Shown: piece by piece, positions 14,201-27,849 of the stretch
Position numbering within the stretch: the first letter of the stretch is position 1
How the letters are laid out: every line of letters begins with the position of its first letter
From: Octopus vulgaris
Taxonomy: Eukaryota
Assembly (NCBI GenBank): GCA_951406725.2
Contig: OX597833.1
Span: 26,412,001-26,476,000, forward strand
Reading direction: 5' to 3'
DNA length: 64,000 nucleotides
Translations under genes and position numbers: made by a program
Notes under the pieces: model-generated
Told to the model about the DNA's origin: nothing
The model's input: only the letters and a program-made list of their open reading frames with translations
Database searches by the model: none

Positions 14201-14814
14201 CCTGGTTGCCGTATTGTGATTACGCTGACGTTGACGATGACGATGACGACGACGACGACAATGATGATTGTGATGATGATGGCTATTTTGATAACAGTAG
14301 ATACGAAGTAAACAGCGCCAGATAAAATGTAATTCGTTGTTATGTTATGGTGCCTTTATGCTCTGCGATCAATACCCGTCGAAGTAAACTTAAATTTTTC
14401 ACTCCTCTTGTATGGCTGAAACAAGTAGGCGTAATATATTGTGGGATCTTGAGTCGATTGCAGCTCTCTTTCACTTTATCCTTGTGCCAGAAATCTTTCA
14501 CTTTAATCTGGTATCAGTAATAAGTAATTATTTCATTTAGCATTGTTATACCAATCTCAGTCAGCAAATAACAACGAGACTTTATTAATTTTAATCAATT
14601 TTAATTAAGTAAAGACACTCATGGCGACGAGAAAGAAGTATGATAATATTCAATTATGGTTAAGGAAAATCAGCGGCTGACAACTCTGAAATTCTAGTTA
14701 ATTTGACGAGGAGAGAGATTCATCTAGGTACGAAGGCTGAAATGTGTCTGCTGTAGATATGCTTCAGTCTCTTTAGCTCTTCTCAGCAGTTTTGCCAGCC
14801 TAAGATGAATCGGT

Positions 14815-15170
14815 GCAGGTACGGGTGTGTGGTTAGAAGCATGCCTCTCAACCACATGGCTCCGGATTCAGGGTCACTGCGTAGCATCATGTGCGAGTGT
14901 CTTTCAACCCTCTTCTTTCTACAAGTCCCCCACACCCATACACACACACGCGCACACACTGTACAGATAAACACAAACATATCTAACAGACGCTAGTCAC
15001 ACACGGCGCAACACATACACAAAAATATACCAGCTGCACACGCAAGACACACACACATAGACGAGGCGACCAAAACCTTGTGAGAGGATTTGTTTGACGG
15101 AAACTGAAAGAAGCCCGTCGTATATAAATGCATATAAGTGTGTGCTTGCGTGCGTGTGTGTGTTTATACG
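14815..15170 (+). mobile_element. SINE family A 5' part, interrupted by an inverted copy of nearby DNA
   Basis: Head 14815-14902; body resumes at 15062 with CGACCAAAACCTTGTGAG...GAAACTGAAAGAAGCCCGTCG. Confidence 0.8.
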
Positions 15171-15207
15171 TACACAGAGAAACAGGCAAATACATAGATA
15201 TATAGAC

Positions 15208-15249
<42 letters not shown>

Positions 15250-15717
15250 TTTCTTTTGTGAATATACACTGCGTGACAGGGTTGTCTAAATATGGAACTA
15301 GGACAATGGAAATTTATCTATTTATAGCATAAACCTGATATTTTATATAAAATTGTTACTGTTATCGTACCCTTTGCTGTTTATGTTAAACTTCAAATCT
15401 GCTCTGATTTAGTGGGGCAATGATCAGTGCACTTCGTCCGTGGTTATTTAGTCTTTGGTTTCAGATATGGTTTATCTAGTACTATATCATTCAACTTAAC
15501 GGGAAAATAGTGGAATCCGTAGAACGTCCAATAGAATCTCTAGGAGTATTTGTTACAGCACTTCGACTGCTGTTTTCAAATACCACTTAAGTACTCATTC
15601 ACCTTTGTATATCTCATGGTCTATAAATAAAGTGTCAGTGAAGGGTGAGGGAACTGGGGACGATCTGCAGTGTTTCTTCCGATTCCGGAAGTTAAGGTCT
15701 GATAGCAACACCTCCGA

Positions 15718-15940
15718 CCGTACATCGACGGCACTGCGACGACATTCTGAAGCAACACATCACTGAGATGGCACTGTGACAACACAGCATTACGACGGTA
15801 CTACGACGGCACAGCGACGACAGAGCGACGGCACAGCGGCGGCACAGCGACTGTCCTGCGACGGTACTGCAACAACATCACGATGATACTGCGGCGATAC
15901 TGCGGTGACTTTGGAGCGATACTGCAGCCACAGTACGATG
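15718..15940 (+). repeat. Degenerate CpG-rich 11-bp minisatellite (GCGACGGCACA / GCGACGGTACT)
   Basis: Recurrent cgacggcacag, cgacggtact and gcgatactgc units. Confidence 0.75.
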
Positions 15941-17532
15941 ATTTCATACCGATCCGTGGCTTTGTAGACAGAAAAGATGCAAACATAGGCAACTTCTCAT
16001 CTATAACAAAAATAAATAATAATGATAATAAAAACAGCAACATGCAACCAAAGGAAAACTCTTTCGTTTGTCTGCCTCTTAGAAAGAATATTTCCAACCG
16101 TAGAAGCAGGGTTTTATGAAACTAACGGAAGTCTTGCATTTTAGGAAGGTCTTCTTAATTCATTAAATCCTGCCGATAATAACTCGGGGCAGCTTTAGCT
16201 TCTATTTCTAGACAAGGGTAGTGAATATGTAGTGATTCAATTGTTGATTTGCTATTTGTTAATTATGTGTCGATGATGAGGGAAACGGTGGTGTTGTTGA
16301 GAATGTATTTTTAACAAAAAAATCAATTGTCTGTAACAATGCATCTCATCAGCTTTGTTCATTCGGAGCAGTTTGTTGTAGCCAGTGGCAAACGTTTTTG
16401 TTTATGGGTGTACCATGCGCGCGCGCGAGTGTGTGTGTGTATGTGTGTCAGTCCTGTTTGCGTGTGTAGTCATGTGTGTATGTGTGCGTGTGATTGCGTA
16501 TACGGAGTTGTGCACGCCACTTACATGCATGTGTTTCTATGTGTGTGTGCGGAGGAGCAGAGGAAGGCTGGTGTATTGTTCATACGTGTGTGCGAGTGAG
16601 TGATGTGTTTGTGTGTGTTTTGAGTGTGCAACTGGTATAGTTTATGTGTATGTGTTGTGCCGTGTGTGACTAGCGTATATATGTTTGTGTTTATCTATAC
16701 AGTGTGCGCGTGTATGTGTATGTGTGCGTGTGTGCGTGTATGTGTGTGCGTGTATTTGGGTGTGGGTGGACTTGTACGTAGAGGGGGGTTGAAAGTATGT
16801 ACACTTGTGTACGTATGTAAAGGGAAGAGGAGAGTGGGGAGATGGGGAAAGGAAGGTATGTTTTGTTTCAAGTACTGTCTAGAACGAGAACAGTGAAAGA
16901 AGGAGTGGAGGAGGAGGAGGAGAAGAAGAAGAAGAAGAAGAAGAAGAAGAAGAAGAAGAAGAAGAAGAAGAAGAAGAAGAAGAAGAAGAAGAAGAAGAAG
17001 ACTGCGATGATGACGATGCAGTTGATAAAATAAAGAAAATTAGTTATAATTAAACCAAAATGGCACTGAATTAGGGGAAGTTGGGTCTTGGTCGATTATA
17101 TCGACCCATAGCTGTTGATTAGTATCTATTTAAGTTCATCCCGCAGGAATAATGTGAAGGGGAGGGAGACATGCAGCAAATGCGTCGTTAGGTCGAAAAA
17201 ATAACTCTTAGGAATTGGTGGAAGAAAACAAACAACAACGACAATAACAACAGCAACGGAAACGACGAGGACAATAATATTAATAATAATAATAAACATT
17301 TCTAATTAAGGTACAAGGACTGAAATTTTGCGGGAGGGGAGTAGTCCATTACATCGACCCTGGTGTTTGGCTGGTAATTCATTTGATGACCTCACCCAAA
17401 AGGACGAACGGCTAAGACGACCTCAGCGGAATTTGAACTCAGAATGTTAAGACGGACCAAATGCCAATAACTGTTTACCCGATGTGCTAACGATTCTACC
17501 AGCTGGAACCAGAATAACAATAATAATAATAA

Positions 17533-17574
<42 letters not shown>

Positions 17575-17576
<2 letters not shown>

Positions 17577-18105
17577 CCAAGCAGTGGCTCTCCCGGCTTT
17601 TGATCTTTACTGACTGGAAGTGTTATCAGGTACATGCTTTATCTTGGTGTAAAAGATGGGCCGCAGCAAATATTCCGCCTCATACCACAGCCAGTTGTCA
17701 GTTGCTTGACCTTCACCAGTGGACCATGTTCCTTCGTGGCTGACGACATGCGCATCTCTGATCACGAGTAAAATTAGTGGAGGAGTATCATAGCCATGCG
17801 TTGAGATGAGTTCTTTAAGGTTTGAATAATTCACCTCAGGAAATACGGGTGTTTCGTTCAACATCCTTAAGCAAACCTTGTTCGGGGACCTTTAGAGCGG
17901 GGTGGGATACTCGACCTGAAGACAATTCCAACTGGTTCCCACCTGAAAGTTAATGCGCTGTTTATCTCGATATGAGCTCACCATGTTGTGCACATATGGT
18001 TGTAAAGTATATGTTTGGTGTACACTTATCAGATGAGTAGTCATTATGGGTATATTTGTACCCTAGTGTCACTTTGATGGTATGCACTGCTCTCTCACTT
18101 AATGA
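17575..18105. mobile_element. ~530-bp interspersed repeat flanked by TAG/TAA tracts; inverted partial copy at 32660-32915
   Basis: TACTCGACCTGAAGA...TTTGAATAATTCACCTC match the reverse complement of 32760-32880. Confidence 0.65.
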
Positions 18106-18860
18106 TAATAATAGTAATGACCATGAATTCAAATTTAGTCACAAGGCTACAAATTTGGGGCAGCAGATAAGTTGATTACGTCGACCCCCAGTGCTCAACT
18201 GCTACTTATTTTATCGAGAGAGAGAGAGAGAGAGTGTGTGTGTGTGGGAGAGAGACCATATAGTTCTTAGAAACAGAATTTGAGCAAAAAACAAACATAC
18301 AGTCAGTACACAGAAGAAATAAATGTAACCCTCGCATATCAGTGTGAGAAGCTTCCACCTGTTGGAGTTTAGGGTGCCCAAAGTTTCTAGCCAGTCTTTG
18401 TTGAACTTTAGTAAACTAGGTCATCTGAATCGCTCTTGGGCTTGTTCCACTATAGCTTGAAGAATGCTACTAATTCAGGGCGGTGATCAATTTACGAGAG
18501 AATAGACTCCTGATGTGACTTTTAATGCCTTACCTTTCCTTTCCTGTCAATACTATTTTTTTATTCCATGCGTTCGTCATAAATCGATCAAGTTCTTATT
18601 ACTGCTCCGAATCTCTATGAAGCACAGTAAGCCCAGATATACTCCAATGTTCCTCACTTCGTGAAGAACTTCTGCCTTATAGTATATTTTTGAGTTTTTT
18701 GTTTTCCATTAATATTATTAAACGTTCACTGACTATTTCTCGACCATTTTTAATTCTCGTTCGCCTTTTCATCACTGCAAGACGACACGGTAAGAACACC
18801 TTGCCTAGTCTCAAATCGACTCTGATCTTCACAGAAACCTCCAGCTTCTTGGCACCAAAT

Positions 18861-19200
18861 CTATGATTCTGAAAGCGATACCGTTTGGGGTCTTAGACTC
18901 CTAGTAGAGCCACCCATGGCGGCAAGGTCAAGGATAAGATCCCGGACTAAGCAAGACCAAAAACCAATATCGAGACCCCAACGGCGAAGCAGGCGGCGGA
19001 GGACTATCTGAAGTCCCCAAAGATTGACTCCGGCCAAAGAGGGCAACGCCTGGCGGGTAGGCGCGACAAAGACGGATAGACTCCGGCAGCTCGCTGCAAC
19101 CAGCCTCATGAAGACTGCATGTCTCAATTCTTGAGCAGCAATGGAGAAGTTCTTGCCCAAGTGAGTGCGCGTGGCCGTCGCGCAGCCTCGATCACCTCAA
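18861..19200 (+). mobile_element. RTE-clade LINE 5' region-like fragment
   Basis: TGATTCTGAAAGCGATACC...CTCCTAGTAGAGCCACCCATGGCGGCAAGGTCAAGG...CCGGACTAAG resembles, from memory, the conserved RTE/Expander 5' UTR pattern; GC-rich island in AT-rich context. Confidence 0.5.
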
Positions 19201-19643
19201 ACAATTTATTCAGCGAATGGCTTCGTCTTTCTTATCTGTTTCAAAAAGCTGGAACAAGTAAGACGTATTCTTGTCTGTCTGTTGTCCAAGCTTGATTTAC
19301 AAGTTCACCACCACAACCTCGTTTAGGCTTAGCAGCCCTTCCTGTTTGTTTTCAATGTCCTGTTTGTATTACCAATTTTGACCCTCCGAAAAATCCCAAA
19401 TTTTATTTTATTTGCTTTGTGTGAACAACTGCTTTATCGAAAGCGTTTATTGTTGTTAAATGCACGAAATATGAAAGTAGAAAAACAGCCAATGACTGAT
19501 GAAGGGTCGCTCTATATGTTGCTTGTCTTGTTTTTTTGCATTTGTGTCTTTCGTTGTTCGAGAAAATAGTTCATATTCCACGTACTTGTACTTCGTATTT
19601 TTTGTTATACACCTTTCATGACGTCCTGTGCCCAGCCGACAAT

Positions 19644-19680
<37 letters not shown>

Positions 19681-19806
19681 GTTGTTAAAAAAAGTCCGAT
19701 TCCTTGTTTGATTTTATGTTTTCGTTTCTCGTTGTGTTCTACGTTTATTTGTGGTGTCCTGTACTCATATATGCATGTATATATACATATAGATGTAGGT
19801 ATGTAC

Positions 19807-19837
<31 letters not shown>

Positions 19838-20745
19838 CATATGTTTTATTTATTAAATTGTTATATATATATATATATGTTTATATATATTATGTAGAAT
19901 ATAATTCCAAAGAACGAACGTTATTACATACTAGGTAATAAAGTAAACGTTTACGTATTTCAGAACATTTGATGGTGAAAAATACCACTAAAAATTTTGC
20001 GTTCATTAAGTAATCTTAAACGCAATCGCCCTCCAAGCGGAGATCCATAAACGCATGCGACCACAGTAAACAACAGCAAGAAGAAATATCAACATCAGCA
20101 ACAGCAGTAGTTATAACAAGATAATGGTGGCGGTGGTAATATATGCCATAGTTTAAATAACAAAACACAGATTATTATGACATAATAGAATATATTAATC
20201 TTTATAGAATAATACATCATATATAAATATATGATATGGTTCAATACAATATAATGTAACATAATGATATATATATAACGTATAATTTATTATAATATTA
20301 AATATGCTATATAATGTAAAATAATATAAAGTTTTAGAATAGAATATACTATAAACACTATATCATTATACCAAATAATGAAATATATAATAATATACAT
20401 TATTGAATAAAATATACAAATAAACACAAAATTAGATGAAAGAAACTTGAAAGAAACACAAACTTACACATAAGAATATGAAAATTAATTAATGGTAGGA
20501 AAAATGGCAAAAATATAAACACTGTTGTTTGAAGACAAATGCAGATCAAAGAACTTTCTAGACAAGAGAGAACTGGAAGAAAAATTAATGAATCTTATTA
20601 AAACAAGAAAAAGCCAATGCAAATTTTATTATGGTCCTTGAGCAAACGTCGTTAAAAAAGGGTATATTATGTTTTTAAACAGCTTAGTAACAACAGCAAC
20701 AACAAAAACACCGATTACAAAACGAAATTATTATTATTATTGTTA

Positions 20746-20807
<62 letters not shown>

Positions 20808-20809
20808 GT

Positions 20810-21112
20810 GTTATGTTCTGGTTACGCTTTAATTTAAACGAGTTGCATCGAAGTCTCCCAGGTACAACAGAGTTTTGCATCAGGAGATGGTAACAAATGA
20901 GCTGCCATCCATGTAATCGAAACAGAATGTGTAATGCTGCATTTGCATGGAATGAAATGTGCACCATCTTTTAGAACTCGCTACTTTTGGAGCTGTCAGA
21001 GATTTGATCCAAACACTTGTTTGCTCCCCTTGTGATCATTCCAAGTGCCCCAGTAATAATAGGTAATGTTGCTGTTTTGATACGCCACATTCTCCCAATT
21101 TCAAACACCAGG
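20810..21112 (-). pseudogene. Old R4/Dong retrotransposon fragment: C-terminus of RLE endonuclease plus 3' UTR, ending at a (TAA)n tract
   Basis: Translation EIGRMWRIKTATLPIITGALGMI matches the C-terminus of the 33-37 kb element (EVTRMWNLKTETIPIIVGALGMI). Confidence 0.75.
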
Positions 21113-21279
21113 TTGTTATTGTTGTTGTTGTTGTTGTTGTTGTCGTGTCGTCGTCGTTGTTGTTGTTTTCAAACATTTTCAGAGACGTTTTCTTGTCGGC
21201 TGGGTTTGCAGCACCAATCAGAAGACAAGTCTTTTCAATATGATTTTTCACAATGATATCAGGGCAAGTTGCCTGCAGG

Positions 21280-21480
21280 TTTCCCGGTTTCCTTGGCGTA
21301 TAGGTTCCCCACCTGGACGGGACGCCGGTCCGTCGCCGATGAGCTGCAAGATGCAGGAGGAAAGAGTGAGAGAATGTTGTGGCGAAAGAGTCAGCAAAAG
21401 TTCGCCATTACCTTCCGCCGGAAGGTCTTTCGATCATAAACACACACATCGCCCGGTCTGAGATTCGAACCCCACGATCA
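21280..21480 (-). mobile_element. SINE family C, partial
   Basis: Reverse complement of parts of 22890-23105. Confidence 0.8.
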
Positions 21481-21489
21481 GTCCGCACA

Positions 21490-21712
21490 CTGGAATTCCA
21501 AATGATGATAATCTCGGCATTCTGAGCAACTTGTGGTGGCTTGTGTTCCTGTCAATTGTTATCGTGAAGGAGGTTGTATCTGCAGCACGTTGTCCTGTGT
21601 ATCTACAGAACTGCTTTCATGTAATGACATTCTGAGTATTCTTTTGGTGCTAGTCAACTGCAGGCATCCAGAGATTATGTGAAAGATTGGCTCTGAATGC
21701 TCTCTGCATATT
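21490..21712 (-). pseudogene. Old R4/Dong fragment, zinc-knuckle region
   Basis: CREHSEPIFHIISGC (CCHC-like). Confidence 0.6.
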
Positions 21713-22064
21713 ATTATCATTATCATCATTATCATGATCAATGTTGTTGTTTTTGTTGTTATTGCTGCTGTTTTACTTTTCAGAACGCTCGGCCTTGTTT
21801 GTTCTGGTAGATTTTGTGAGAGCGGACAGCTGCCTGCTGTCAGAGGTCTCAGAGGCTCTCTTTTAGCACATTATAAGCTTTGATACTTGGTTGATGTTAT
21901 TATTATTTCTGTTAATCTTTTTTACACTGGTTCTTCCAAGATTAAAAAATTGCAGTTTTAACGTTCTACTGTATGTCTTGTTTACGAGTAAGAATGATAT
22001 ATTGTAAGGGAAGTATAGCAATATTTCGTTGTTATTATCATTATTATTGTTGTTGTAGTTGTTG

Positions 22065-22214
<150 letters not shown>

Positions 22215-22700
22215 AAAGATATCGATCAGAAGTTATTTCAATGGTAGACGAAGAGTGTCAAATAAAGAGACAAGGATTTTGGTCCTCACTGCTTGAGATC
22301 TATCAATAAGAACAAAAAATGCATCAGGCAGAATATCAATAATGAAGACACCTCGGCTCCATGCAGAATGTGTAGTGAAAGAGAAGAGACAGTTGCGCAT
22401 ATAGTATCTGAATGTAAAATGACTACTCAGAGGATTTATAAGAACGAGAAATATGACAATATTGTAACAAGCATACACCGTGGAATATGTAAAAGCCAAG
22501 TTATTTGAAGATAAGGGAAAATAGTATGATAATAAAACAGAAAATATCCTTGAAAACATCCATATAAATGTACTATGGGATATAAATATTCAAAGGAATA
22601 CCTAAATAGAACATTCACCCCAGGATAATATCGTACGTGATGAAGAGAAAATGTATGTAGCTTAATCGATGTTTCTTCTCTTTTTGATACATGAATTGGT
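22215..22700 (+). pseudogene. Old R4/Dong fragment, zinc knuckle and RLE start
   Basis: CRMCSEREETVAHIVSEC...YDNIVTSIHRGICK; follows a TTA/GCA/GTA microsatellite. Confidence 0.75.
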
Positions 22701-22841
22701 AAAAAAAAGGTGTGATTTTTTTTTTAATGCCAGAACATAAAATATAAACTTCAAAGAATATGAAATTACCATAAAATCCTTTCCTTGCCGTTTGCAAACT
22801 TTACAGTGACTCGTGATCTCCCAACTTGTGATCTCCAACTC

Positions 22842-23146
22842 GTGGAGGCACATGGCCTAGTGGTTAGAGCAGCGAACTCGCGGTCGAGGGATCGCGGGTT
22901 CGAATCTCAGACCGGGCGATTTTTGTGTTTATGAGCGAAACACCTAAGCTCCACGCGGCTCCGGCAGAAGGTAATGGCGAACTTCTGCTGACTCTTTCGC
23001 CACAACTTTCTCTCACTCTTTCCTCCTGCATCTTGCAGCTCATCTGCGATAGACCGGCGTCCCGTCCAGGTGGGGAACCTATACGCGAAGGAAACCGGAA
23101 AACCGGCCCTTATGAGCCAGGCGTGGCTCGAGAAGGAACAAACAAC
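22842..23146 (+). mobile_element. tRNA-derived SINE, family C, full length
   Basis: A box TGGCCTAGTGG, B box GGTTCGAATCT, tail AAGGAACAAACAAC; second copy at 21280-21480. Confidence 0.88.
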
Positions 23147-24006
23147 TCGTTTAAAAAGTTGTCTTTGTCGTGTTGAGGAATGTAGCCTTCGAAGCAATAT
23201 GCGAAAACAGGAGTAACTGTAAAGGTTGGAAACGGCGATGGAGGAACATAAACGAATACACAATGAAGTTCTAAATAAACAATCGATTTGTTAGTTGTAT
23301 AGATACTTAACCAATTGACTAATGATACAGAAATGAAATTGAACTTGTGCGTGTGTTATTGGCGTAATGACTTCCCCAAGAAACAACAGAATAAGGTGGT
23401 CCTCCAGCATGGCCGCTGGCAAATGACTGAAACAAGTAAAATAATAAAAGAATATATATACACACACACACTCACACATATACATAACTATATATATATG
23501 TATATAATTATATGTATGTATATGTATATATGTATATGTTTATATATATATAGATATATGTAAATATGTATGTATGTATGTATATGTTTATATATATAAA
23601 TGCATCAATATTTATATACACTCTTTTATTCATGTTAGAGTGTGAGCCTGGCTGAATGTATGAACTGATGTTTGTGTTCAAATTCACACGCATACACACA
23701 CGCATATACATGTATATACGTACATAGCTAAATATAAATGTATATGTGTGTGCATGTGTGTGTGTGAGTGTGTGTGTGTGTGTGTATGTGTGTGTGTGTG
23801 TGCGTGTGTGTGTGGTTGTGTCTTCCTATAATTCTTCTTCTTTCATCTGAGATGTGTTGTCTGATAATTTCTTATACACTTGAAAGTGATTATTTCCTGA
23901 AGTGTGTATTGGAAGGGCGAGAGAGAGAGGGAGAGAGGAGGGAGTGAGAGAGAGAGAGTGAGAGAGATAGAGACAAAGAGAGAGAAAGTGAGAAAGATTT
24001 ACAAGC

Positions 24007-24037
<31 letters not shown>

Positions 24038-24382
24038 TAACCAGAGTGACACGATAGGCAAACAAGCAAGGAGAGAGTATGTAACAATGAGTACGAGAAC
24101 TTGAGGTAGACGATTAGCGCTCGTAGTCTCCTTCTCACGTTTTTGTAGCCTCATTTGTTTTCGATGTTCTGTTATATGCGTATTTTTATTTTTCCTAAAG
24201 TTTGGAGATGGTGCCGTCATATTGTTGTCATTCATCTTCAGTCGTTTGTACTTGAGGAAGTAACTAAAATTCGTTGTTATCTAACAACATGATCGGGAAA
24301 AAAATAGGACAAAATATTTATACTCACGTTTATACAGATATGTGAATATGTGTGAGTGTGCGTATGTATATATACATACATA

Positions 24383-24433
<51 letters not shown>

Positions 24434-24919
24434 GTACACACACACATATACACACATATTCATGTCTGTATACATGTATGTGAATATGAGTGGGTCTCAG
24501 AGGAAGTGTGTTTTAGAGATAGAGATCCTAATTCTTTAATACACCATATAACATAGAAAGCTATAAGCAATTCCTTATAAGAATGTATTATTCTCCTGGC
24601 CTCGTTCTCATATACATTAAATCAGCAAATCAGCGCCATTTCAACCTAGTTCGGTATCGATCACCTTCGATGTAGTTTGTAATATTTGTGTCCACATATT
24701 TAACCAGACTACTTATCTGTATACAAATAATGCTACAATCTTTAAACCGCTTTACGAAAGACAACAGTGTACGAATCACATTGTGTATTGTATCGATGAT
24801 AAATATGATTACTTCTCTATGATTTCATAGTTATATCTAAATAAAATGTTTTACAAATGGATACGATTGGAATGAAAGTTCTTCTCTGAAATTAACCCCC
24901 TCCATCCGCTCTCTGTCTC

Positions 24920-25130
24920 AGTCTACTCAACTGGCAAAAATAAGTGATACCTGCATTTCAAAGAGCCAACCTTGTCTCATTCTCTGTCACGCTGAATCTT
25001 CTAATTAACTACACTAAGTGTACACGTGTCTGTGGAATGCTCATCCACTTGTAGGTTAATTTTACGAGCAAGCTGTTCCGTTGATTGGATCACCTGGAAT
25101 CCTGGTCGTCGTAACTCACGGAGTGCCAGT
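24920..25130 (+). mobile_element. SINE/LINE-derived 3' body fragment
   Basis: Non-microsatellite repeat-like segment ending GTCGTCGTAAC..ACGGAGTGCCA; family assigned from memory only. Confidence 0.4.
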
Positions 25131-25476
25131 TTAAATGCCAGATTTATAGTAATTATCTCCACTTCAGATGACAATTGCGACTAACTCCAAAACGAGAAGA
25201 AATTCTTGAAAACCGACATACCATTAAAGAATAGGTTATTAACCCTTCTAACTAGCAAAGTCAACGGCAGCAAAGTCCACATCAACAACGAGCATTTACA
25301 ATTGTTTCTAATCTAAGCATAAGGACCGCAATTTTGGGGTGTCGGTTTGAATTGACCCCAGAAGAGATTAAAGGGCAAGGTGGCCACAATAGAATATGAA
25401 CTGAGAAGATATCACAAAGGGTTAATTAGGTCGATTCTCCTAATCTACTACTACTACTGATATTACAACCATCACA

Positions 25477-25523
<47 letters not shown>

Positions 25524-25819
25524 AACTATTATTACTACTGCTACTACTACTTCTAGCGCTGCTGTTTCTGCTACTACTACCACTACTACCATCACTAATA
25601 CCACTAGTATTTCTGAAAGCAAAAATAAGAATGCTTTCAAATTTTAGCACAAGCCCAGCAATATTTGCTTGGTGGAAGGGGTTGGACTATTAAATCAACT
25701 GCAGTATCTAATTGATATTTACTGTAACAACCACGGAAAGGTGAAAGGGAAAGTCAACTTCAGCTGCTTTTGAACTCAGATCGTACAGAGCCGGAAGAAT
25801 ATATACATTTATAAAAAAA

Positions 25820-26187
25820 ATTTATTGCGCACGGGACAAATAGGGAGAAACAAAAGGAATAAGCCAATTACATCGACCCCAGTACGTAACTAGCACTTAA
25901 TTAATTGACCCCGAATGGGTCAAAGGCAAGGTCAACGTCGGCTGAATTTGAACTCAGAACATAACGGCAGACGAAATACCTATTTCTTTACTACCCACAA
26001 GGGGCTAAACAAAGAGAGGACAAACAAAGACAGACAAACGGATTAAGTCGATTATATCGACCCCAGTGCGTAACTGGTACTTATTTAATCGACCCCGAAA
26101 GGATGAAAGCTAAAGTCAACCTCGGCGGAATTTGAACTCAGAAGTATTTCGCCCGGCGTGCTAAAGTTTCTGCCAGCTCGGCGCCTT
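25820..26187 (-). mobile_element. SINE family B; further diverged copies at ~1070-1410, 17300-17505, 26500-26670, 42741-42947 and 54750-54943 (-), and 31083-31285 and 37180-37385 (+)
   Basis: Shared GAATTTGAACTCAGAAC and ATCGACCCCAGT..AACTGGTACTTA blocks. Confidence 0.85.
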
Positions 26188-26195
26188 AAAAAAGA

Positions 26196-26305
<110 letters not shown>

Positions 26306-27190
26306 GTGTGTTTGTGTGTAAATTGAACCCTACGATTGACAATCCGGCGTAGCTCTAAGGTGTTATTCTAGCACTCAGCTACGAGTTCACCACAAATAGC
26401 AATAAGCTAAGGAATTTTATAAGATAACCGTTTTCCCTCTCTGTCACATCTTTCTTTCTTATTAATACTGCGTTATACATTACAAATATATTCTTTTCTA
26501 CTCTAGGCACTAGGCCCGAAATTTTTGGGGAGGGGGCCAATCGATTGGATCAACCCCAGTACGCAACTGGTACTTAACATATCGACTTCGAAAGGATGAG
26601 AGGCAAAGTCGATCTTGGTGGAATTTGAACTCAGAAAGTAAAGACAATCGAAATAGGGCTAGGCATTTCACTAAGCAGTTTGGTTCGGGTACATACGTCT
26701 TAATGTTTCACGGGCCTCTAACAGACATTCGTTCCTTTTAAATATTTCATATATCTTCTATTAACTGTATTGAGAATCTTTTTATTTTGTTTGGCCACTC
26801 GCTCATGTATATATACATCCATCCACCCATACATACATACATTATACATACATACATACATACATACATACATACATACATACATACATACATACAAATA
26901 TATACGTGAGTGTGTATGTGAGTAAAACGAGGCATTTAATCAAGTTATATCATTGGCTGTCAAATATATAAGATATAACATTGCAAAGAACGTTTAGTAT
27001 GGAATTTGACCCCACAGGAAATACATCATATTGATTGATCGTTTGGTACCGGTAGAAATAAACACCACGCATGCGCACAATTTGCAAATGAAGACAGAAA
27101 AAAGTATATATGCATGTGGACACGAGTGCGCACACACATACACAAAAAACACAAGTAGATAGATTGACAGACACAGTTATAGACAGATAA

Positions 27191-27266
<76 letters not shown>

Positions 27267-27307
27267 GATAAGATATATACTGAAAAACATAAATACATAC
27301 ATTCATA

Positions 27308-27351
<44 letters not shown>

Positions 27352-27460
27352 TTAGGTGGTGAGTGAAAAGCAGCTCTTACTCGTTTCAACCTTGATTTCT
27401 AAATAACGACCATGAATACATTTTTATATTTCTCCCTATCAATTCAAATATATATATATT

Positions 27461-27514
<54 letters not shown>

Positions 27515-27515
<1 letters not shown>

Positions 27516-27849
27516 TAACAGAATAGGATAAAAATCCAAGGCTGTGAAAGATTTTAGAACATTTATAAATAGGTCTTACAGCTGTTTCCGAGATATTTTA
27601 TATATCCCTTCACCGGAGACGGTGTGAGAAGATGGTTAAACAATAGTTATTCTCAATAAGATATGAGATAGAGAGTGAAGTGGCGGAATGAAAATAGACG
27701 TGAGATATACAGGGATATTGCTTAACGATTTTCTCACACCGCCTCCGACGAAAGGATATATATAATATCCCGGAAACAGCTGTATGACCTTCTATTTATA
27801 AATGTTCTGAAATCTTTCACAGCCTTGGATTTTTATCTCATTCTGTTAA
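27515..27849. mobile_element. Fold-back element: ~125-bp inverted arms, each with a hammerhead-like motif
   Basis: Arms 27515-27639 and 27722-27849; motifs at 27573-27620 (-) and 27741-27788 (+) with GAAAC-AGCT-GTA. Confidence 0.8.

Noticed and set aside
15718-15940. CRISPR-like array
   Set aside because: No constant repeat with unique spacers; eukaryotic minisatellite
19380-19510. Possible circularly permuted (type II) hammerhead: GACCCT..GAAA...CTGATGA-AGGGTC
   Set aside because: Stem II would pair, but no consistent helix III, NUH and stem I register could be built; probably chance or decayed
22842-22915. tRNA genes (also 11867, 43310, 54985)
   Set aside because: A/B boxes are present but there is no complete cloverleaf or acceptor stem, and each continues into a repeated SINE body
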